Of a stretch of 64,000 bases of DNA, positions 18,601 to 26,437 are shown piece after piece. The position numbers and the translations under genes are program-made. The DNA lies in sequence record NC_091964.1, one strand, 5' to 3'. The notes beneath the pieces are model-generated. The model had not been told where the DNA came from. It was given only the letters and a program-made list of their open reading frames with translations, and made no database searches. The number at the start of each line of letters is the position of its first letter. Position 1 is the stretch's first letter.

Positions 18601-19611
18601 CAATGGTATCACCAGCAGTTTGGCGTAATGGGACCGGGAGCGTCGGCTTATGTTTGGGACCGTTGGGATATGCCAGATGGTGAAACGCCTAATACGTGGA
18701 CGATGTATCACTTCGGTACAAACGTTGCGTGGTCAGGTTATCAGCCTCGCGCTTTCTACGCTGCTGTTAAGATGTATGAAACTATGCGCGATCAGAAGCT
18801 GGATATTCCTGATAAGCTGGTAACATATGTCAAGAACTGGCTCCTGTTCTTACGTGACTTCGTGGAGGAAAATGATATTGTTCCTTCTGACTACCCGGTA
18901 GATAAAGCTCCAGAGCCTTTGGAGAACGACTTCACCGGTCACATGTCCGGGCTGTATCTGGCAGGTATCTGTAAAGCTTACATGTTAGGCTTGCGTATCC
19001 CTGGCCATATTGGTCTAGCCCGCACGGTCTATCAGGAGATTGTTGACAACTATGTCCAGCGTCCTGGTTACAAAGACATTATGAACGGATCGTGGTCGCC
19101 GTTTGCAGATCCTGTTAATAACGGGAAAGACGGTATGTTCTTTGGTTTCTGGGCGGGAGAGATTATGCGTGGGTTATCTATCTACGCTGAGTTTATCTTC
19201 TCGATCTTCCCTCGTGAAATCAATGCTGTCAGTGTCCTTAACTTCCAGGAAACTCTCGGTACGTTCGACGTCTTTAAATCCTTGGCGGCGCAAGATCTCG
19301 CCATTGACTATAATGATGTTACTGCCGAGCAGGTTGTGCAGATGAAGAAAGTCGCTACTGCGATATTTTCTTCTGGGCCTGATGATGACGAATATGTTAA
19401 TCTACCAACTGCTGTGGCTGGCATTGTGTACGGTATCAACAAGTTCGGGTCCTATGGAATGGATGAGGCGAAGTGGCGGACAATCGCCGCGAGTTTTGTT
19501 ATCAAGGAGAAGGTTCTCGCTACGACAGGTAACAACCACCTAGTTATTTCCTTCCAGGATAAGCAAGGGTATCCGTTTGTCAGTGACGTAACAATCGATT
19601 GGACGAACTAA
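15613..19611 (+). CDS. Large tail fibre or spike with GH8-like glycoside hydrolase region (~1332 aa)
   Basis: Virion anchor module at the N-terminus; ATTEGHSL and NASDAEQW resemble GH8 catalytic motifs; aromatic-rich inserts. Confidence 0.65.
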   Translation: MSEEFYKDSKTDIADQLNANNGTHITPDNITLGIVNGDKAIVGDNVKYSQSAAIDLVPRDLSTLIGFAPIIVTDVDFTSGQMKVKDIIPLVNKAVGTNISVGDIMNAEFVIPKPITGGPAVVVNFNGNRVSMVNDFNVILVKKDFNFSDWTALSTDHDIEWLGTSTARNYRFEPDRFSVAMIQNMEDVYVETCQFAILGEGAPIFLLALNDADKFALKWPENIQWVETDVRDFKGSMKFYLFTTQNKGQSYRAMRINGDEPWEELLYKIQGRSIDDRQVEYLLDGHVKFLKDNTGKIVDPHTDHFVINEKDVLVNNRHFTYNTRQEGQPDSDATTEGHSLLITGFIEAYRLAKSRGNSLKAAEYLAAAEKYFLSYIEAFYAGELPPDTPFRWSSNWIVNGKSPVLAHYPLAASDDFPTHGGFIDIAITFTNGVGKIAAGAPYWGEYLDVVGKVYTGKMGWQRIDATPYMTDATGSLDWKNKGKVYEVESIHTWSMEIISGDGDKIGTFTDESLKGTVTLKDKTYTGDLNSSFAARLPVEHGGYMLATNECQHNRPLQVPVNNLFRGNASDAEQWFCEAAYDLWKITGDDLYKKSFEASLWTIMEYTTIDANDKFIRKVKGDVRYDTDGITYYYTYPSQQAVKIDRNADGYIRIRSERAEGLQFTMEQNAIPFRVNRNSVLQLQYGGMDDNQGLVNARAQLVLSIDKSKEKEKVYNIPLPPTMDSLPVEINIPIGSLVEITDNDPFELMAASAISWSENTKAFQKFDSSVFDGRTASILHAQQTDSGDMQFSVGLSKKRVISSVIYRANIDMNIRIIDADGWRWWAMLPASTEWVGTDYTDQSWTLASYQTNPETDPRPTAVNWGGGVDEVTFLPDGTSKELDYIDLYTLNGTPTTYAVDDGYTMLFGLTFYMDAPATVYLGDCTIKGQRLDALPYTPGIIPFSNNSVPNAPTFDSWRGQPYPGYQYPFYYALQTLEENPNRDLMISNVIDFWYDSQQWYHQQFGVMGPGASAYVWDRWDMPDGETPNTWTMYHFGTNVAWSGYQPRAFYAAVKMYETMRDQKLDIPDKLVTYVKNWLLFLRDFVEENDIVPSDYPVDKAPEPLENDFTGHMSGLYLAGICKAYMLGLRIPGHIGLARTVYQEIVDNYVQRPGYKDIMNGSWSPFADPVNNGKDGMFFGFWAGEIMRGLSIYAEFIFSIFPREINAVSVLNFQETLGTFDVFKSLAAQDLAIDYNDVTAEQVVQMKKVATAIFSSGPDDDEYVNLPTAVAGIVYGINKFGSYGMDEAKWRTIAASFVIKEKVLATTGNNHLVISFQDKQGYPFVSDVTIDWTN

Positions 19612-19615
19612 AGGT

Positions 19616-19654
19616 GCAAAAAAGAAGGGCCTTCGGGCCCTTCTTTTTTTTTTG
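19616..19654. terminator. Terminator (inverted copy of the 14108 family)
   Basis: A6-GAAGGGCC-TTCG-GGCCCTTC-T10. Confidence 0.9.
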
Positions 19655-19690
19655 TTAAAGGAGTGGCATTTTCTATTTTTATTTTGCTTA

Positions 19691-19705
19691 TATATCACTA
19701 TAGTG
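19691..19705 (+). promoter_or_regulatory. Early-type promoter
   Basis: TATATCACTATAGTG. Confidence 0.65.
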
Positions 19706-19744
19706 TACACACCCTTGGTTACTATTATTAATAGGATAAAAAGA

Positions 19745-20353
19745 ATGGACAGGACATTTAGATTTGCCGACATCCATAAAGGTCTAGGTTATTTGGTCCG
19801 GATGACCGACTTCGACAACTATGAAATCTCTTCCGGGATACTGAATAAATTTCGAGAATTATCGATGATTGATGAGGGGGTTTACTTTTACTCTCTCCTC
19901 GGGTATATGGAAAGCGCCGAGAGTAGGAACCATCCATTGTACGATGGAACTAATCGCGTATATACCGCTTACTTAATTGGTTTGGATCGTATTGAGGAGC
20001 TTAACTGCGCGCTTACTAGAGGTATTCAAAAGCTCAGTCGGCGATGCAGGCTTACCCTTGCTTTTGTTCTGGCTTACCAATACGAAGCCACATTCTTCCA
20101 CATTGGAGTTAAGAAGAACGCCACGACATTTCCTTGGGAGACTTATGTTTCTAAAGGAACTATCTGGACTAAGAGCAGAGAAGAAGTGCTCAGCCATGTC
20201 ATCGAAAATCACTGGTGCCTTGAGAATCGAGCGTACCGCAGTGTATTAGTTGACATGATAAGGATCATGCGTTTGATGTATGTTGAGAAAGATTATCCGG
20301 CTATCGTTAAAGTTTTCGATAGTCATCGTGCTATTGCTAAGTTAAGAGGTTGA
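19745..20353 (+). CDS. Hypothetical protein, ~202 aa
   Basis: ATG 19745 downstream of the promoter, with AGGA RBS. Confidence 0.7.
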   Translation: MDRTFRFADIHKGLGYLVRMTDFDNYEISSGILNKFRELSMIDEGVYFYSLLGYMESAESRNHPLYDGTNRVYTAYLIGLDRIEELNCALTRGIQKLSRRCRLTLAFVLAYQYEATFFHIGVKKNATTFPWETYVSKGTIWTKSREEVLSHVIENHWCLENRAYRSVLVDMIRIMRLMYVEKDYPAIVKVFDSHRAIAKLRG

Positions 20354-20354
20354 T

Positions 20355-20927
20355 ATGTGGAAATGGTTAGCACTCCCCGGCACTAAGAAGAAAGAAGAAA
20401 ATCGCACTGAGGGTGTTTATAAAGAACCGGCTAAGGCGTCTTTTAAAGATCCGGAATTTGTTAAGAAAGTCGATACGATAATCGATTCTCTCAACATGCC
20501 TGTATCTAGCTACGTTCCAGACTTCACTGCTCTGGAACCCTCAGTTATGCGTACTACGGATAAATGGAAACAACAGGCGTATAAGAAAGCTCTGATTGAC
20601 TTCTTAGAGGCTTATCGTAGAGGCTGGTTTAGCGTCTGTATTGTTCATGAAGTAGCTGACGCATTTGAGGTGGACTATTACGACTCTTATCGGTTAAAGG
20701 AAATCCATAAGAAACTCGGACTCATTCACTGTGTTCACTGGAAAAACATGGATCCCGAAATCATGGAGGAGCTCCCATCTTTATTAAACGAATTTTTCCG
20801 TTTGATTGAAAGATTAGCCTACCCCGAAGAATACAGAGAAGGGAATACCTACGAAGGCGAATCTTTTTGCCATAACGGTAATGTCTACTCAATCGAGAAC
20901 GGGCAGCTGCGGGAAAAGTATCAGTAA
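20355..20927 (+). CDS. Conserved phage hypothetical protein
   Basis: GAGG RBS; FSVCIV...IHCVHWKNM motif. Confidence 0.75.
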   Translation: MWKWLALPGTKKKEENRTEGVYKEPAKASFKDPEFVKKVDTIIDSLNMPVSSYVPDFTALEPSVMRTTDKWKQQAYKKALIDFLEAYRRGWFSVCIVHEVADAFEVDYYDSYRLKEIHKKLGLIHCVHWKNMDPEIMEELPSLLNEFFRLIERLAYPEEYREGNTYEGESFCHNGNVYSIENGQLREKYQ

Positions 20928-21017
20928 TCTTTTTATAAAGCGCCATCGCTTACTGTGTAATTAGGTTTTGTGTTAAATAACCCTTGAGGATTACCAGTAT
21001 CGAATAGTGAGGCAACC

Positions 21018-21458
21018 ATGTTCACAGGCGCGCATGTTACACTAACCGCAGAGGGTATGTCATTAACAATAGTGAGAACAGAAGAGGAGATAGAACTTTG
21101 CGCTATCTCCGGCAAGTATCGTAGCCCTAAGATAAAAGCGTATAACCTCAATACGGCATTACGTTTGTTGAAGGGCTGGATTATCCTGAACGCCTCTATC
21201 AAGGAAGAAGAGGAATTTAAGGTGGTCGAGAATACGTTGTTTGATGAATTAGGTGGGGAGGTCATGAGTGACCAACTTACTTTCTTCAAATACGGCGAGT
21301 TCTTCAAACTTGTCATCAGCCCGGAAAATAAAGACGAATGGATCTGTATTAACGCCCAGAGTGGTGAACGACTCTATTTTAAAGAAGGGGACTTTGAGTT
21401 CGTTCGTTACAGCTACTTTAAAAAGTACGATCGCTCTGGTATAAGAGAGGTGACGTAA
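21018..21458 (+). CDS. Hypothetical protein (possible fusion of two small genes)
   Basis: Internal in-frame GGGGAGGTC-ATG near 21264. Confidence 0.7.
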   Translation: MFTGAHVTLTAEGMSLTIVRTEEEIELCAISGKYRSPKIKAYNLNTALRLLKGWIILNASIKEEEEFKVVENTLFDELGGEVMSDQLTFFKYGEFFKLVISPENKDEWICINAQSGERLYFKEGDFEFVRYSYFKKYDRSGIREVT

Positions 21459-21964
21459 TGAGTTTTAAGAACCTTACAATAATCAAAACTCCGGAATGTA
21501 CCCGAGGGGAAATGGCCATGATGTTAGATGGTCACCATATCGGGTTCGTGGCTGATATGACCGATGATGATAATGGGTCATGGAAGCTAGATGGTATTAT
21601 CATGACCAAAGGTCCCAAGTCCGATCATATTCTCGCTGTCGAGTTCATTGACGATTGGTGGGAGTTAGTGGAAAAAGGCGTTAACACCGCTGGCTTCACT
21701 AAGAAGATCGCAAAGCTCTGGGGCCGGGCGGGTAAAGGTTGGTCGTCGCGATTCTTCCGTGGTTACTACGAGAAGAAAGAAGGCGGTGTATACGATGCTT
21801 CCGATAAGCTGATGTATGACGATCCTCGTGATACCCGTAACGGTGAGTTGATGAACTACCCAACTCAAATCAGTCGTCGGGCTGTAGGTATCATCCGTCG
21901 CTTTGGTATTATCAAAGCGTACAGTCGGCGTGGACGTTTCGCTCGAGGAGGTTCTCGTGGCTAA
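21458..21964 (+). CDS. Hypothetical protein, 168 aa
   Basis: TAATG coupling. Confidence 0.75.
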   Translation: MSFKNLTIIKTPECTRGEMAMMLDGHHIGFVADMTDDDNGSWKLDGIIMTKGPKSDHILAVEFIDDWWELVEKGVNTAGFTKKIAKLWGRAGKGWSSRFFRGYYEKKEGGVYDASDKLMYDDPRDTRNGELMNYPTQISRRAVGIIRRFGIIKAYSRRGRFARGGSRG

Positions 21965-22295
21965 TCTCGTCCGCGTAAAGTCGGTTGGTATCTATTACAC
22001 CGACGAAGGTAATACTAACCCTGACAACATCGAGGCTACTTATCGTAAGATCGATGAGGATATCCGTGAGCCCATTCGCTTCTGCGAATTTGTTCCTGAA
22101 GTTGACGTATTCTTTGATGAATATGTTAACCGCCAGGAAGGGGTAATCGAAATCACTCCTAATCAGGTTGTGCGTGAAGTTACTGGTCTTCGGGACTTCA
22201 TCGCGCGATTACTGACTAACCATCGTATTTTAGATATAGGCGCTGTTTATGAAACCAAGCTCAGCACAGCAAGCGATTACGCGAAAAGGGTCTAA
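21957..22295 (+). CDS. Hypothetical protein, paralog A
   Basis: GAGGAGG RBS then GTG 21957. Confidence 0.7.
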   Translation: MANLVRVKSVGIYYTDEGNTNPDNIEATYRKIDEDIREPIRFCEFVPEVDVFFDEYVNRQEGVIEITPNQVVREVTGLRDFIARLLTNHRILDIGAVYETKLSTASDYAKRV

Positions 22296-22683
22296 GCTTC
22301 TCGGCCGCGGTGATCGTGAAGATGTATTACTGGATGCAATCTATATCCAGTATTCCGGCGCACGTATTAAGGATGATGTTCGTCTTGCAGCCGACGTCTA
22401 TGAACATAAGTTCTCTGTCGTTGGTCGTGTAGATGTAACTGACTTCATTGATCCGGAAACCGGCGAGGTGAAGATTCCTAACGAGTTCCTGACGAAGTCT
22501 GTCGTGGGATTCAAGGAATTCATCGAACGTTATTTCCAGGAACGCCAGCTTGCTAAAATGAGCATGGGGTTACGTGGAGATAAGTACCGCGTTGAATGGC
22601 GTGGACGTAAACGTAGTAAGAACGAAAAAGAAGGCTTTTCGCGTAGTGCGTTAGCCAAAGCAATTAACCCTGAAGATAAATAA
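22249..22683 (+). CDS. Hypothetical protein, paralog B
   Basis: Shares a G...I..N.....V.G.++FI.R segment with the upstream ORF. Confidence 0.7.
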   Translation: MKPSSAQQAITRKGSKLLGRGDREDVLLDAIYIQYSGARIKDDVRLAADVYEHKFSVVGRVDVTDFIDPETGEVKIPNEFLTKSVVGFKEFIERYFQERQLAKMSMGLRGDKYRVEWRGRKRSKNEKEGFSRSALAKAINPEDK

Positions 22684-22692
22684 GGATACAAA

Positions 22693-22968
22693 ATGAAACT
22701 GATCGGTTTTTCTGGTGCTAAAGTTGGTACTTCCGCAACTCTGACTCACATCGACGTTGCTAATAAAGAAGCGCACTTCGTTATCGACGATGCTCATGCT
22801 GCTTACAAATTCGAAGGCGACGCGCTGGACGCGAAACTGCTGAGCAAAGTAACCATCTCTGCTGGCGGCGAAGTTTCTCTGGCGGGGAAAGCGGACACCG
22901 GTAAGAAAGCAGTAAAAGAAAAGTCTGGCAGCACCGGTAACGGCGCGGCGTACGACAAACGCTACTAA
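22693..22968 (+). CDS. Small highly expressed protein, 91 aa
   Basis: AAGGA RBS; extreme codon bias; hairpin at 22976-22995. Confidence 0.8.
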   Translation: MKLIGFSGAKVGTSATLTHIDVANKEAHFVIDDAHAAYKFEGDALDAKLLSKVTISAGGEVSLAGKADTGKKAVKEKSGSTGNGAAYDKRY

Positions 22969-23015
22969 TTCATTCCGGGAGCCTTCGGGCTCCCGTTTGT
23001 GCTGTGAGGTTAAAA

Positions 23016-23306
23016 ATGAAACCAATAGAAGCTGGTTGTCTAGCTATTATCATTTACGATGAAGATGTTCGTAATATCGGAAAAGAAGTTACTGTACATT
23101 CTTTCGCGAAAAACCTTTCCCGTAATAAAAAATCAAACATGTGGAAAGTTGTATCGACAAGGACTCTTTTCGTTTTTAATGAGCGTTTGCAGAAAACACG
23201 CGAAATAAACAAAGGGATTTGTTACGAGAGTAATCTCATGCGTATCGATGGTGGAGAGCCTAAAGATGTTGTTGATAAACGCATTAATTTCTTGGAGGTC
23301 AAGTGA
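23016..23306 (+). CDS. Hypothetical protein
   Basis: GAGG RBS then ATG. Confidence 0.65.
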   Translation: MKPIEAGCLAIIIYDEDVRNIGKEVTVHSFAKNLSRNKKSNMWKVVSTRTLFVFNERLQKTREINKGICYESNLMRIDGGEPKDVVDKRINFLEVK

Positions 23307-23845
23307 CTACTTTGATTTATAGGGACGGGGAACTGGCCGGTGATCGGCGCTACGGTATGCCGTTAGCAGGCGAGCAGATAGTTTATGTTGATCGACCCAA
23401 GGTCCATCTCCATCCCAGTAAGAAAATAGCTTTTGGTCTTTGTGGTTCTACTAAAGGCAAAGATGTTGTACAGGAACTCGGCGACTACTTACTTACCGTA
23501 GCAGTGCTCATCGAGGAAGGTAATGTTCCCGATATGAAGGAAGTTTTGAAGGATTGGGCAGTGAACTCACTGAACATAGTCCTGATGACTCGTCAGAACG
23601 CCTGGTTGATCGTATACGAGGGTGAAGAGGTAAAGCTTACCAATCTAGACGATCTTCCTTACTACTCCGTAGGAAGCGGCCAGTGGTGTGGTGTGGCATT
23701 GTTGGGAGAGGGGTGTTCTTTCGAAGAAATCTATAAGATCACGCCAATGATTGATGGGATGACTGGTCCCAAGTTTGATGTCTACAAGAAAACCAAGCTT
23801 AAGGCTTTAAGGACTGCTCGTGCTCGCCGTAATCCAAGATCGTAA
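23303..23845 (+). CDS. HslV/proteasome-like Ntn peptidase
   Basis: MTT N-terminus, AGDRR, GLCGS and SVGSG motifs. Confidence 0.75.
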   Translation: MTTLIYRDGELAGDRRYGMPLAGEQIVYVDRPKVHLHPSKKIAFGLCGSTKGKDVVQELGDYLLTVAVLIEEGNVPDMKEVLKDWAVNSLNIVLMTRQNAWLIVYEGEEVKLTNLDDLPYYSVGSGQWCGVALLGEGCSFEEIYKITPMIDGMTGPKFDVYKKTKLKALRTARARRNPRS

Positions 23846-24422
23846 AGTTTATTTCCCTGAGTACATGGTGAGTACTCACAACCAGGGAGTCAAAACATCT
23901 CGTGATCGTTATTATCGCAATTTCATCTTTATTGCCTTTAACGAGGTTGGTAATCTTCCTTTACTCCACAACATGTTCAAGAACTTCCGCGCGCCCATTA
24001 TTCAGACTCGCGACATGATCCTTGGCCTGAACATCGACGTGATGGGATCGGTGAACGTGATCAGGGTATCTACCGGGGTTAAGAAAGGCGATGAAGAATC
24101 TAGTACCGAGATTGTTTCTACTCCTTTTATCACGGCAGTTGATCTTCCCACTAATGATGGAGAATGGAATGTTATTGCTGAGTATCCTGCAATGCACGAT
24201 TACTGCGCAGCGTTATTACATCATGGCGTTAAAGTTCCTGATGCGATTGCTAAAACGCTGTCTGCGATGGGGCACCCTAATGGTAATAAGATCAGCTCGA
24301 TTGCTATTAAGGATGCCGTAAAAGAACTCGAAGGAACTTACGTCTACGATAAAAACCTGAAAGAAGACAGCGAAGGCGTTCTACTTGATTTGATAAAAGG
24401 TTCTATCAAGTCACTGAAATAA
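23820..24422 (+). CDS. Hypothetical protein, possibly a degenerate Ntn-fold paralog
   Basis: Coupled to the HslV-like gene; similar size and secondary-structure pattern; no N-terminal Thr. Confidence 0.6.
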   Translation: MLAVIQDRKVYFPEYMVSTHNQGVKTSRDRYYRNFIFIAFNEVGNLPLLHNMFKNFRAPIIQTRDMILGLNIDVMGSVNVIRVSTGVKKGDEESSTEIVSTPFITAVDLPTNDGEWNVIAEYPAMHDYCAALLHHGVKVPDAIAKTLSAMGHPNGNKISSIAIKDAVKELEGTYVYDKNLKEDSEGVLLDLIKGSIKSLK

Positions 24423-24433
24423 AGGAAACGCTT

Positions 24434-24811
24434 ATGGAGCTCGTAACCGTTCAAAGAGCAAAAGAAAATCTTGCTCGATCAAATGGCTACGAATATGTAG
24501 ATACCACTGTTAAGTCCAACACATGTCCTCTAGCTCCCGAATGGGAAATGGTTATGCGTTGGAAAGATTATGAAAAAGGAATAGGTGATTACGACGAAGA
24601 GTGTTACACGCGGGATTATAAAAGATTACTGCGTAGAAGGTATAGAGAGGATCCTGATTGGTTCCACGAATTCTGTCAGAAGGAACGTGTTGCAGTAAGT
24701 TGTTTCTGTAACAAGTCTAAATTCTGTCATCGTTTCTTGATAGTCGATATACTAAGAAAAATATGTGGCTATCTTGGTATTGAATTTTATTACGTGGGTG
24801 AGTTACATTAA
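24434..24811 (+). CDS. DUF488/DUF4326-like C-x-C...CHR protein
   Basis: VAVSCFCNKSKFCHRFLIVDIL motif. Confidence 0.5.
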   Translation: MELVTVQRAKENLARSNGYEYVDTTVKSNTCPLAPEWEMVMRWKDYEKGIGDYDEECYTRDYKRLLRRRYREDPDWFHEFCQKERVAVSCFCNKSKFCHRFLIVDILRKICGYLGIEFYYVGELH

Positions 24812-24814
24812 TCT

Positions 24815-24843
24815 AGGGGACTTCGGTCCCCTTCTTTTTTTTT
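24815..24843 (+). terminator. Intrinsic terminator
   Basis: AGGGGAC-TTCG-GTCCCCT plus T-run. Confidence 0.9.
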
Positions 24844-24874
24844 GTTTCTTATGTTGACGACATAGGAGGCAACA

Positions 24875-25624
24875 ATGGCTATTGAACGCAATGAATCGAT
24901 CCGCAGTATTCAGTCTCGTCTGATTGCTGCTGGTCTGTTAACCGACAAGTCTGGAGCTGATGGTATTTGGGGACCCGCCTCCGAAGCCGGTTTCCAAAAG
25001 CTTCTGGGTAACGCAGGTACACCGGTGGATAAAGGCTACGACATTGCCTGGTCTGCTAAAGTAAGTCCGGAGTTCGTAACGAAGGTTAAGAAGATCGCTC
25101 AGATGCTTCAGATGCCTTCTACTGGTCCGGATGACCTTATGTCCTGTATGGCCTGGGAATCAGGCGAGTCTTTCGCTCCGGATAAACGTAATGGTGCAGG
25201 TAGTGGTGCAACAGGTCTGATTCAGTTCATGCCTGCTACAGCTCTGCCGTACTTTAACAGTGCTGCTGATATCGCGAAGATGGACGCTGCTACTAAGAAA
25301 GCGAAAGGTATCGAAGCTTGCAACCGTCTGGCAGCACTGACTGCTGAACAACAGCTTGACTTTGTTTATAAATACTTTGAGCCGTATGCAGGTAAACTCA
25401 AAAACCTGGGTGACTTGTACATGGCTATCCTCTGGCCGAAAGGCGTGGGCAAGACGGATGACTACGTACTTTGGAACTCTGCAACCGCACCGACAACCTA
25501 TCGCCAGAACATCGGCTTGGATGTCAACAAAGATGGAAACATCACCCGCGGCGAATGCGTATTCAAGGTACGTGAGAAGTATAACAAAGGTATGCAGTTA
25601 ACCAATCGTCGTCCGTTGGTTTGA
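24875..25624 (+). CDS. Modular endolysin: peptidoglycan-binding domain plus lytic transglycosylase
   Basis: IQSRL...ADGIWGPAS binding module; MAWESG...GATGLIQFMP catalytic motif; LYMAIL. Confidence 0.9.
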   Translation: MAIERNESIRSIQSRLIAAGLLTDKSGADGIWGPASEAGFQKLLGNAGTPVDKGYDIAWSAKVSPEFVTKVKKIAQMLQMPSTGPDDLMSCMAWESGESFAPDKRNGAGSGATGLIQFMPATALPYFNSAADIAKMDAATKKAKGIEACNRLAALTAEQQLDFVYKYFEPYAGKLKNLGDLYMAILWPKGVGKTDDYVLWNSATAPTTYRQNIGLDVNKDGNITRGECVFKVREKYNKGMQLTNRRPLV

Positions 25625-25631
25625 CTCCGCT

Positions 25632-25661
25632 GAGGGGACTTCGGTCCCCTCTTTTTTTTTT
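25632..25661 (+). terminator. Intrinsic terminator with the same stem-loop as 24815
   Basis: GAGGGGAC-TTCG-GTCCCCTC plus T-run. Confidence 0.9.
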
Positions 25662-25704
25662 GCCTGAATTATATGAACTTCTAAGAACTAAAGGAAAAAG
25701 AGAA

Positions 25705-26385
25705 ATGTTGTATAAATTAAATTTGCGTCCCGGTAACCTCAGTACTAAGGTTTGGCAGGGATTTGCTTCTGATCTATACGCAGCTGTAGTAGAGAAGAAA
25801 ATAGAAAACATCGGCGAGGCTATTGATACGATGTTGGCTCTTGATCAAGGTGCTCGTTTTGATCTGATGACTCCTGATCGCAATGACCCGGTGCTTTCTT
25901 CTGGCGGGAAGATCATGGGTACTGAGATTCCTATCACGTTAGTAATTGATCTCACGCCTGCCGAACTCATCTTCCAGCTTAACCGTTATGCAACCGGTGT
26001 TAATGGCGACATCATTGCTCACCTGGTGAGTATCGATGGTAAGTTGAAGCTCTACCGTCCGTTTGATCCTCGTATTCTTAAAGCCTGTAATAAGGACATC
26101 ACTAAAGTTCACGGTGTCGATATCATTTCTTTCAGTAGTAAAGAAGCGGGTATCGGTATTAAGAACTTCCTGGATAACAAGCTCTGTCATGCTATTGCCA
26201 GCATTGATGAGCCTCTGTTCGGGGTCAATCCTGAGGCGATCGATGGGTTGGGTTATTGGCTTGCCCTGAAACTGATTATCGATAAGACGCAGCGTAAGTA
26301 CCCGGAATACACGCTGGCTGACTTAGTCCGTGTTACTGTCGGTGATAACCCGCGTGATCTTGATGTAGACAATACTGCACCCTGA
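25705..26385 (+). CDS. Hypothetical protein, ~226 aa
   Basis: AAGGAAAAAGAGAA-ATG; TATG element near 25673. Confidence 0.75.
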   Translation: MLYKLNLRPGNLSTKVWQGFASDLYAAVVEKKIENIGEAIDTMLALDQGARFDLMTPDRNDPVLSSGGKIMGTEIPITLVIDLTPAELIFQLNRYATGVNGDIIAHLVSIDGKLKLYRPFDPRILKACNKDITKVHGVDIISFSSKEAGIGIKNFLDNKLCHAIASIDEPLFGVNPEAIDGLGYWLALKLIIDKTQRKYPEYTLADLVRVTVGDNPRDLDVDNTAP

Positions 26386-26426
26386 GACAAAAAAAAAAGA
26401 AGGAGAGGCCGCAAGGCCTCTCCTTC
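26383..26426 (-). terminator. Terminator of the tail operon
   Basis: GAAGGAGAGGCC-GCAA-GGCCTCTCCTTC with A-run and TGAGAC on the plus strand. Confidence 0.9.
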
Positions 26427-26437
26427 TGGGGCGGTTA

